Source: Methanoculleus sp. SDB (lineage in GTDB: Archaea; Halobacteriota; Methanomicrobia; Methanomicrobiales; Methanomicrobiaceae). Taken from it: DNA of 24,000 nucleotides. The notes under the pieces are model-generated. The model was not told the origin of the DNA. It worked only from the letters and a program-made list of their open reading frames with translations, and did no database searches. The stretch lies in NCBI GenBank assembly GCA_001412355.1, contig LKUD01000033.1, forward strand, positions 39,179 through 63,178, written 5' to 3'. The stretch's first letter is position 1. The number at the start of each line of letters is the position of its first letter. Of this stretch, positions 16,847-23,347 are shown piece by piece. Position numbers and translations under genes: made by a program.

Positions 16847-17476
16847 TCACGTATGTCTGATTGCGATGTCGGAAAGCACGTTCGCCGCATCTTCGCACTT
16901 GTCCGTCGCCATCTCGAGATTCCCGTAGATGTCCTTGAGCTTGATGATCTGGATGGCGTCATCCGAGTGGAAGAGTTTACGGAGTGCATGGCCCAGCACA
17001 TCGTCCGCGAGGTTTTCGAGGCGGTTGACCTCAATGCATCGTTCTTCAATATTCTTCGCGTTTTTCATGTTGCGAACACTGTTCACGGCACTCTCCAGTT
17101 CGGTTACCGAGAAAAGGATGAGTTTTGCGAGTTCGACCATGTATTCGTCCGATTCCGCGATGTCATAGACGTACATCTGCCTCGCCGTGCCGTCGATATA
17201 ATCCAGAATATCGTCCAGTGCCGAAGCGAGCCGCGAGATCTCCTCGGGTTCGAGCGGCGTGATGAACGTCCGGTTGAGGAGTTCGTAGATTGAGTGGGTG
17301 ATCTGGTCACCTTTGTGCTCAACCTGCTTCATCTTATGGCACTTGTTCTTGATATCCTGATAGTCTTCGACCAGAACGACAAGCTGTTCGGCGGCTATTC
17401 GCACGTTAGCCGCAAGCTCCTCGAAGAGATCGAAAAAAACCTTGTCCTGCGGGACAACCCACTCTTTGATCCCCAC
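16847..17476 (-). CDS. DUF47 / PhoU-like phosphate-transport regulator partner of PiT
   Basis: PQDKVFFDLFEELAANVRIAAEQL... is typical of the DUF47 family and sits 6 nt upstream of pit. The tracked ORF begins at ATG 17518. I prefer GTG 17476 (giving MGIKEWVVPQDKVFF) because family members usually begin just before the DKVFFDL helix. Either start is possible. Confidence 0.8.
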   Translation of the reverse strand: MGIKEWVVPQDKVFFDLFEELAANVRIAAEQLVVLVEDYQDIKNKCHKMKQVEHKGDQITHSIYELLNRTFITPLEPEEISRLASALDDILDYIDGTARQMYVYDIAESDEYMVELAKLILFSVTELESAVNSVRNMKNAKNIEERCIEVNRLENLADDVLGHALRKLFHSDDAIQIIKLKDIYGNLEMATDKCEDAANVLSDIAIRHT

Positions 17477-17672
17477 AACGCACCACGGTAGGATTGGTGC
17501 GGCAGAGTCATAAACCATGTGTTGTGCCCCAAGGCTGCTCGTAATGCGGTGGACGGCTTCCGTGCAGCATTACAGGAGAAGGTGAAATCAGGCCTGTAAT
17601 GATGCGGACGCGACTGTATGCCGCTTCCGGAGGAGATAGTTATACTCAAGACTTTCTGTAAAATCTAAAATT

Positions 17673-17704
17673 TCAGAATAATCAGAATATTTATATCATT
17701 CTGA
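17673..17704 (+). promoter_or_regulatory. Candidate promoter/operator of the AbrB-like-hgcAB unit: a TATA box nested in an inverted repeat, plus a direct repeat
   Basis: TCAGAATA occurs twice in tandem (17673-17680 and 17682-17689). TCAGAAT (17682-17688) and ATTCTGA (17698-17704) form an inverted repeat around ATTTATATC, which contains the TATA-like TTTATAT about 35-40 nt before ATG 17731. Confidence 0.35.
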
Positions 17705-17730
17705 CGACATATGATGGTGCAGGAAAATCC

Positions 17731-17991
17731 ATGACAGGAGAAGACATCTCCTGCAGCTGCGCTCCTGAAGCCGGCTGCAGGATTGAGGCGGTGCTCACCG
17801 TCGACGACCGGGGGCAGATGGTGCTCCCGAAGGATATCCGCGAACGGGCGGCAATCCGCCCCGGCGAGAAGCTCGCGCTGATTGCATGGGAGAAAGACGG
17901 GAGCGTCTGCTGCCTCGCCCTGATCAAGGCCGATAACCTGAGCGGTATGGTCCGGGATGTGCTTGGCCCGCTGATGAATGCGGTGGAGTGA
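17731..17991 (+). CDS. AbrB/MazE/SpoVT-family (swapped-hairpin) DNA-binding-domain protein with extra Cys clusters
   Basis: LTVDDRGQMVLPKDIRERAAIRPGEKLALIAWEKDG is a SpoVT-AbrB core. It also has an N-terminal CSCAPEAGC and an internal VCC. The stop TGA (17989-17991) overlaps the GTG at 17988 of the hgcA ORF. Confidence 0.7.
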   Translation: MTGEDISCSCAPEAGCRIEAVLTVDDRGQMVLPKDIRERAAIRPGEKLALIAWEKDGSVCCLALIKADNLSGMVRDVLGPLMNAVE

Positions 17992-19088
17992 TTCCACCGG
18001 AGGACGGGAGCATGAGTAAAAAGATGGGAAAGCATGAGGGCAAACAGCCGTGCTGCTGTTCCTGTTCTCCGGCAGAGCAGCCCTCCTGCGATTGCGGCAC
18101 GGAAATGCCGTCGCCTCCTGAAATCAGGAATACCGGCGGAAGTCTGACATGGGCGGATCGTTTCGACCATATTGCCGCCCGGTGGGGGTACAGGCGCATG
18201 CATCACCGCGTGGAGCCGGGACTCTACCGGCTCGGTAGCCCCTCACCCGATTCTCCGGTCTTTGCATCGGCAAATTATACCCTGAGCTTCGATGCACTCC
18301 GATCATCCCTTGCCGGGACCGACTGCTTCATCCTCGTGCTGGATACGAAGGGCATCAATGTCTGGTGTGCCGCGGGAAAGGGGACGTTCGGAACCGATGA
18401 GCTTGTATTTCGGATTGCTGTAACACGGCTCAGCGACGTCGTCCGGCACCGGACGATCATCGTTCCGCAGCTCGGCGCACCCGGGATTGCGGCGCACGAG
18501 GTGCTGAGGCGATCGGGATTTTGCGTGCAGTACGGCCCGGTGCGAGCCTCCGATCTCCCGGAGTACCTGGCAACCGGAACGGCCACACCGGAGATGCGGC
18601 GGGTCAGGTTCCCGTTCAGGGACAGGATCGTGCTGATCCCCGTGGAGCTGGTCCAGGCGCTGCCGCTCACCCTGATCGCAGCCGTTCTTCTCGGGGCGTT
18701 TATCGACATGGGGGCCGCACTCAGGGTGATCGCTGCCGTCGGGGCAGGCACCGTCCTCTTCCCGGCGCTCCTCCCGGTCCTCCCGACGAAGGATTTCACC
18801 ACGAAGGGCCTGTTTCTCGGCGTTCTCGCCATGCTCCCCTTCGCGGCTCTGGATCTCTCCGCTCCGGCGGCGGGGACCCTCGCATACCTGCAGGCCGCGG
18901 CAGGGCTTCTGCTCTTCCCGGCGATCACCGCGTACCTGGCCCTGAACTTTACGGGCTGCACGCCCTATACGTCGCGGAGCGGTGTCAGGCGGGAGATCTT
19001 CCGGTACACGAAACCGCTCGCGGGCATGGCTCTGGGAGGTATCGCCCTTGCGGCAATCCTCGGAATAGTGATGGTGGTGAACGGCTGA
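17988..19088 (+). CDS. hgcA: Mercury-methylation corrinoid protein HgcA
   Basis: The cap-helix signature is GINVWCAAGKGTFGT. The C-terminal half has 4-5 TM helices. The start is either GTG 17988 (coupled to the upstream gene) or ATG 18012/18024. Confidence 0.9.
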   Translation: MIPPEDGSMSKKMGKHEGKQPCCCSCSPAEQPSCDCGTEMPSPPEIRNTGGSLTWADRFDHIAARWGYRRMHHRVEPGLYRLGSPSPDSPVFASANYTLSFDALRSSLAGTDCFILVLDTKGINVWCAAGKGTFGTDELVFRIAVTRLSDVVRHRTIIVPQLGAPGIAAHEVLRRSGFCVQYGPVRASDLPEYLATGTATPEMRRVRFPFRDRIVLIPVELVQALPLTLIAAVLLGAFIDMGAALRVIAAVGAGTVLFPALLPVLPTKDFTTKGLFLGVLAMLPFAALDLSAPAAGTLAYLQAAAGLLLFPAITAYLALNFTGCTPYTSRSGVRREIFRYTKPLAGMALGGIALAAILGIVMVVNG

Positions 19089-19408
19089 TGGCGTTTGATT
19101 CGTACACGGAAAACACGCTCCTGTATTTCCCGGAGCGGTGCATCAACTGCGGGAAATGCAGCACCGTCTGCCCTCACGGGGTCTTCGCCGCAGGTGAGGG
19201 GTGTGCCGTTCTTGCACGCCGCGAATCCTGCATGGAGTGCGGGGCCTGCATGATAAACTGCCCGGTGCAGGCGATCACGGTGGAGAGCGGCGTCGGGTGC
19301 GCACAGGCGATGATCCATGCGGCACTCACCGGAGGCGAGGAGACCTGCGGGTGCTGCGGCGAGGAAGGAGGCGGTTCCAACGGAGCGTGCTGTTCGGGGT
19401 GGGAATAG
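19088..19408 (+). CDS. hgcB: Mercury-methylation 2[4Fe-4S] ferredoxin HgcB
   Basis: This gene is hidden as the last 106 codons of the tracked 18521..19408 ORF. ATG 19088 overlaps the hgcA stop (TGATG). It has CINCGKCSTVCP and CMECGACMINCP cluster motifs and a Cys-rich tail CGCCGEEGGGSNGACCSGWE. Confidence 0.9.
   Translation: MAFDSYTENTLLYFPERCINCGKCSTVCPHGVFAAGEGCAVLARRESCMECGACMINCPVQAITVESGVGCAQAMIHAALTGGEETCGCCGEEGGGSNGACCSGWE
19217..19405. repeat. Copy A of a ~190-bp diverged direct repeat (the authentic hgcB 3' half)
   Basis: It aligns by eye with 21707-21894 at an offset of 2490 nt, then 2489 nt after a 1-nt gap. Long identical runs include gaatcctgcatggagtg, acctgcgggtgctgcgg and ggagcgtg. 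Confidence 0.8.
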
Positions 19409-19451
19409 GTTAAATACGCCAGCCAGAGGGAGGATTATCCTCCGGAAAATT

Positions 19452-20154
19452 TTATTCACCAGATACTATCGACAGCGCCTTGCGGGCGGCTTCCGTTGCG
19501 GCTTCCCGTTTCGTGGAACCGGATCCTTTTGCAATTTTTTTATCCCCGAGAGAGAGTTCTGAAATCCATTTTTTCTGATGATCAGGGCCTTCCCAGGAGT
19601 AAATGTAATTCAGTTCACCCGGTGCATGCTTCGCGACATATTCCTGAAGTCTGCCTTTATAATTTCCATCCGGATTAAAATTCTTAATTTCATCACGAAA
19701 CATACCAAGAATGACTTCACGCGCTTTTTCCAATCCTTCAGCACATCCAAGCGCACCGATAAACGCTTCAAAGGCATCAGCAATGATTTTGTCAGTAAGC
19801 CCCGTCCCTTTCCCCAGCACTATGACCTCGTCAATTTTCAGATCATTTTTCATGACGATATCAGCCGGATTTGTATTTTCCGTCACCCTCATCCTGACAT
19901 TCATCTCACCGGGGCTATAGTCCGTCGATTCATACAGGTGCCTGGCAATAATATAATCAAGAAAATAATTTCCACAAAACTCCAATCTCTCATAATCCTC
20001 GCAAAAAAAGATTTTTCTGTTTCATTTCTTCGGCGAACGAACTGTGCGTGAGAGCACGGTCATTGAGTCCGAGAGATTCATCATGAGATGTGTCAATTCT
20101 GAATTTCGGCCCGTGGAGAATATCGAGTATCTGCTGTCTCCGCGATTCTTCCAT
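19452..20154 (-). pseudogene. rnc: Bacterial-type ribonuclease III, interrupted by a 1-nt frameshift in an A7/T7 homopolymer
   Basis: The tracked 177-aa ORF (TTG start) carries ...ERLEFCGNYFLDYIIARHLY, KIIADAFEAFIGAL and a dsRBD (YKGRLQEYVAKH...GPDHQKKW...GSGSTKREAATEAARKAL). A 54-codon ORF from ATG 20154 (MEESRRQQILDILHGPKFRIDTSHDESLGLNDRALTHSSFAEEMKQKNLF) supplies the missing N-terminus in another frame. Removing one A from the run 20003-20009 joins them into a 233-aa protein. This stretch is visibly AT-richer than its flanks. Confidence 0.7.
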
Positions 20155-20228
20155 AATAAATCAATAAAACGGTGAGCGCATAAACGATTTCTCCGGATAA
20201 AATACCGAACCGGAGGCTACCGCCGGGA

Positions 20229-20810
20229 TTACCGGCGGATAATGCACGCCTCAAGGGAGCGCTTGGGGACATGGTGCACGCCACGTGCGTCCCGCCAGTA
20301 CCGTGTGTCGCCGGATTCGGGCAGCGGCTCGATGACGATGGTTTCTGCAGGATAGCCGAGTGCGATAACAAGCCGGATCGCGTAGTCGTCCGCGAGGTCG
20401 AGGACGGACCGCAGCGCATCCTTCCGGATCGAGCCCATCATGCAGCCGGCAAGCCCTCGTTCCGCCGCAGCGAGCAGGATCGTCTGGGCCGCGATCCCGA
20501 TGTCATAGCAGGGATCAAAGGCAGGGTTCGGTTCGGTCACGATCGTAATATATGCCGCGGGCCGCTCCCCGCGTGCCGGCCCGTCCCATTCGGGAAGATC
20601 GAGGGCCCATACCAGGCAGTCGGTGATGCGTTCGGTCTCCTCCGGATCAATCGAGAGCACGTAGCGGAGCGGCTGCCGGTTCCGGGCCGAGGGGCAGAAC
20701 CGGGCGATGTCGATGAGATCGCGGAGGGTCTCGTTGGGGATACGCTCTTTTTCACGGAAGCGGCGGGTGCTTCGTGAGGTGGTAACGAGCGTTCGGATCT
20801 GATCCTGCAT
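20229..20810 (-). CDS. Nitroreductase-family oxidoreductase
   Basis: The N-terminal SRSTRRFREKERIPNETLRDLIDIARFCPSARNRQPLRYV is the canonical nitroreductase FMN-binding opening. The protein is 193 aa. Confidence 0.85.
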   Translation of the reverse strand: MQDQIRTLVTTSRSTRRFREKERIPNETLRDLIDIARFCPSARNRQPLRYVLSIDPEETERITDCLVWALDLPEWDGPARGERPAAYITIVTEPNPAFDPCYDIGIAAQTILLAAAERGLAGCMMGSIRKDALRSVLDLADDYAIRLVIALGYPAETIVIEPLPESGDTRYWRDARGVHHVPKRSLEACIIRR

Positions 20811-21013
20811 GATGACTGGAGGGAGGGGAGGGGTAGTAAAGGGATCGGCGTTTCGGAGTGGCCTCCCGAAAAACGGGCTTTACATTACCCGGCGAGCCGT
20901 GAGCTTTACAATAATCGCAACCTGGGACGAACATCGGACCGATCAGGACAACCGAAAGCGCATCGCTTTTGAGAAATGCCGCGAAATATCTCCGTACCAT
21001 ACAGGGAGCCACC

Positions 21014-21679
21014 ATGAAAGCGGAAGAACATTTTAATGATACGGCCGACCGCTATGAAGGCCTCATCGTGAATATCATCCCGAATCCCGCTCTTTTCTTT
21101 GATTCGGCACTTGACTGCATCCCGGACGGACGGATAACCGTTCTCGAACTGGGCAGCGGAACGGGGTATGTCACAGAACAGATTCTTCGAAAAAATCCGG
21201 ACGCGGAGATTACCTGCATCGATATGACGCCGGAAATGCTTTCCATCGCCCGGAAAAAACCGACTCTTGCCGGTGTTGCGTTCCTGGAAGGCGATTTCAG
21301 GGATGTATGGCCTGACGGTCAGTTCGACGTCGTGATCACGACCCTCTGCCTTCACCATCTGCCGGATGCGGATCGGGCGACGATCGTCCGCCGTATCCAT
21401 ACGTCCCTGAACAACGGCGGGCGCTTCATCAACGGGGATGTCTTCAAACCCGACCATGCCTGGGAGGAGGCCATATACAGCACCCGATGGGGCCGGTACA
21501 TGACGGACCACGGCCTTTCCGAACCGGAGGCGGAGGGCATGCTGGCCAAGCGGGAAAAGAGCTATGGCTTTATCGACACCTTCGAACAGTACCGGCAGAA
21601 GCTCATCGATGCCGGGTTCGGGCGGATTTTCTTCCCGTATCATTATGACTTTTACGGCGTTTTCATCGCATTCCGATGA
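21014..21679 (+). CDS. Class I SAM-dependent methyltransferase (CmoA-like layout)
   Basis: Motif I is VLELGSGTGYVTEQIL, followed by ITCIDMTPEML and VVITTLCLHHL. I placed the start at ATG 21014 (MKAEEHFNDTADRYEG). Confidence 0.85.
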   Translation: MKAEEHFNDTADRYEGLIVNIIPNPALFFDSALDCIPDGRITVLELGSGTGYVTEQILRKNPDAEITCIDMTPEMLSIARKKPTLAGVAFLEGDFRDVWPDGQFDVVITTLCLHHLPDADRATIVRRIHTSLNNGGRFINGDVFKPDHAWEEAIYSTRWGRYMTDHGLSEPEAEGMLAKREKSYGFIDTFEQYRQKLIDAGFGRIFFPYHYDFYGVFIAFR

Positions 21680-21706
21680 AATGCCGGGATGACAATCGCT
21701 GTTTTC

Positions 21707-21894
21707 CGCCGGGAATCCTGCATGGAGTGGGGGGTTTGCATGAAAAAATGCCCGGTAGGGCGATCGCGGTGGAGAACAGCGTCGGATGTGCACAGGAGAT
21801 GATCCAGGCCACTCTCACCGGCGGCGAGGCAACCTGCGGGTGCTGCGGTGAGGAGGAGGGTTGCACGGGAGGAGCGTGTTGTTCCGTGTGGAAA
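21707..21894. repeat. Copy B of the ~190-bp diverged direct repeat (hgcB-derived)
   Basis: See copy A. This copy begins within about 30 nt of the methyltransferase stop. Confidence 0.8.
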
Positions 21895-21936
21895 TGGCGG
21901 ATATCTTGGGCCATATTTTTTCAGGGAAACGAATAA
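21707..21936 (+). pseudogene. hgcB-like 3' fragment (second ferredoxin motif plus Cys-rich tail), degenerate
   Basis: In the hgcB-equivalent frame it reads RESCMEWGVCMKKCPV, where the authentic gene has RESCMECGACMINCPV. A 1-nt deletion then shifts it into the frame of the tracked 21676..21936 ORF. That frame reads AIAVENSVGCAQEMIQATLTGGEATCGCCGEEEGCTGGACCSVW, against AITVESGVGCAQAMIHAALTGGEETCGCCGEEGGGSNGACCSGW in the authentic gene. The original stop is lost. Confidence 0.6.
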
Positions 21937-22189
21937 ACTCCCTTTTAATGAAAGGGTGGGAACATTACTCCCTGAAATAATGAGCATATTCTTTTCTCGA
22001 TACTCAGAAAGCACCTGAATATTACACAAAATTCCAACCATTTTTCCGCCATTTCCCTTCTTGATAAATTCGGTGAGATCTGTTTGAATAACGTGAAACA
22101 TGCACGCACGGATACCCTTTATAGATCATTGGGTAATGTACTATCACGGGCAGGCTTTCCAGTCTGCATGATCTTTGGGGTGCGATGCA

Positions 22190-22423
22190 ATGAAACACCT
22201 GAATTACCGTATTCTCCTCCGGAAGGAGCCTGAAGGCGGGTATACAGTCACAGTACCGACGCTTCCCGGCTGCGTCACCTTCGGGGAGACCGTTGATGAG
22301 GCCATAGCGATGGCACGGGAGGCAATCGGGCTCTATATCGAGGACCTCCGGGAGAAGGGCGAGGACATTCCTACCGAGGAAGGACTTCTCGAATACACCG
22401 TCACAATCGAAGCCCATGCCTAA
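22190..22423 (+). CDS. hicB: HicB-family antitoxin (short UPF0150 form)
   Basis: YRILLRKEPEGGYTVTVPTLPGCVTFGETVDEAIAMAREAIGLYIEDL is the HicB N-domain consensus. I placed the start at ATG 22190. It overlaps hicA by 8 nt. Confidence 0.85.
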   Translation: MKHLNYRILLRKEPEGGYTVTVPTLPGCVTFGETVDEAIAMAREAIGLYIEDLREKGEDIPTEEGLLEYTVTIEAHA

Positions 22424-22637
22424 ACTTCCGGCGCTCACGCCCCAGAAAATCATTAAAATTCTGGAAAAGAGAGGATTTGTGCTAAGCCGGATCAAGGGAA
22501 GCCATCATCTGTTCTATCATCCGGAGACGAAGCGCCGGGTTGTTGTCCCCGTGCACAAACGCGATCTCCCGGCCGGTACGCTTCTGGAGATCCTCAAGCA
22601 GGCCGGAATCGATCGGGACGAAATTCTGGACCTTTAA
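22416..22637 (+). CDS. hicA: HicA-family mRNA-interferase toxin
   Basis: LTPQKIIKILEKRGFVLSRIKGSHHLFYHPETKRRVVVPVHKRDLPAGTLLEILKQAGI follows the HicA/YcfA consensus, including the GSH catalytic His. Confidence 0.85.
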   Translation: MPKLPALTPQKIIKILEKRGFVLSRIKGSHHLFYHPETKRRVVVPVHKRDLPAGTLLEILKQAGIDRDEILDL

Positions 22638-22653
22638 TACAAGTTTTAATACA

Positions 22654-22676
22654 AGATCTGCCGCACAGGCAGATCT
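22654..22676. terminator. Perfect 9-bp hairpin between the hicA 3' end and a convergent low-GC tract; possible terminator
   Basis: AGATCTGCC-gcaca-GGCAGATCT. It is preceded by a tandem 12-nt duplication of TTAATACAAGTT (22634-22657) that includes the hicA stop codon. Confidence 0.3.
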
Positions 22677-23098
22677 GCTGTTATGAGAAAGGGAAAAAAT
22701 TATTCCGGGGAAACACGTACCCGGATTTTTCCCAGGCCTCACGCGTCGCCGGGTTTCTCCGGAGATACTCATCCACAATCCGTTTTTCCACGGTGTTCAG
22801 CGGGCACGAGAAGTTGATACGCATACTGCCAGTAGTAGACCTTCATAATCTGCAGAAATACCGCAGACGCCGCCAGCGTCAGCAGGAACGTGCCGACTGC
22901 GCCCGCAAGCGCAATCACCCCGCGGCCTCTACTATGTACTATGCCTAGGTCTTTGGGGAATTTTTCGGCCTGCGTTTCTGAAAAAATCAGGGAATCACAG
23001 GAATTATCCTAGGTAACATCTAGGGCACAATCCAAGGACAATTCACGAACGCGGTTCGTTCGTCGAAAGAGACTATTAACAACCCCTATAGCGATATT

Positions 23099-23347
23099 CT
23101 AACGAAAAATTCGTTTATCTGCTAATATACGGAAGGTTCTCGAAAAGAAAGCGCGTTGGTATGAAAGCGCCATGATATCGTTGTATTCATCGACTCCCAA
23201 GTAGTTCCACCAATTAGCATTCCAATTTGTCTCTGCAAGTTCCCGGTGTTCAAGCCCTTTGATGATGATATCAGCCGATGGAATAGGCGAGCCGCCCAGT
23301 GTTCGAAGAATACCGAGCATCGGGAGTTTATCCCTCTCGGTGAACAT
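23099..23347 (-). CDS. Orphan low-GC ORF (hypothetical; possibly the tail of a decayed larger gene)
   Basis: The tracked ORF is 82 aa with no motif I recognise. The reading frame stays open upstream of the first ATG (at least ...SRVRRRTGHTYIPEG), so the ATG may not be a true start. Confidence 0.3.
   Translation of the reverse strand: MFTERDKLPMLGILRTLGGSPIPSADIIIKGLEHRELAETNWNANWWNYLGVDEYNDIMALSYQRAFFSRTFRILADKRIFR

Noticed and set aside
17477-17518. The ATG 17518 start for the DUF47 gene.
   Set aside because: This is not strictly rejected. The 14 extra codons (MVYDSAAPILPWCV) look unlike family N-termini, so I prefer GTG 17476. Only N-terminal mapping can decide.
18275-18961. A 228-aa minus-strand ORF opposite hgcA, and similarly 20906..21793 opposite the methyltransferase and 10842..11630 / 12386..13174 opposite the rSAM and SLOG genes.
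   Set aside because: These are shadow ORFs with compositionally biased translations. The opposite strands carry strong family motifs.
18521-19087. The upstream 189 codons of the tracked 295-aa ORF that ends at the hgcB stop.
   Set aside because: This part lies inside hgcA in another frame and translates to Arg/Gly/Pro-rich sequence. Only the portion from ATG 19088 has ferredoxin motifs.
21652-22101. A 149-aa minus-strand ORF spanning the hgcB-like fragment and the AT-rich spacer.
   Set aside because: Its C-terminal half is simply the antisense of the hgcB-derived repeat; the same antisense peptide pattern appears in 18965..19459. The N-terminal half has no motif I recognise, and there is no supporting start context.
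22681-22930. A 47-codon minus-strand ORF (MRINFSCPLNTVEKRIVDEYLRRNPATREAWEKSGYVFPRNNFFPFS) and an adjacent start-less TM-encoding frame.
   Set aside because: They are too short and fragmentary to call as genes, and I recognise no family. They are reported only as debris within the accessory-tract finding.
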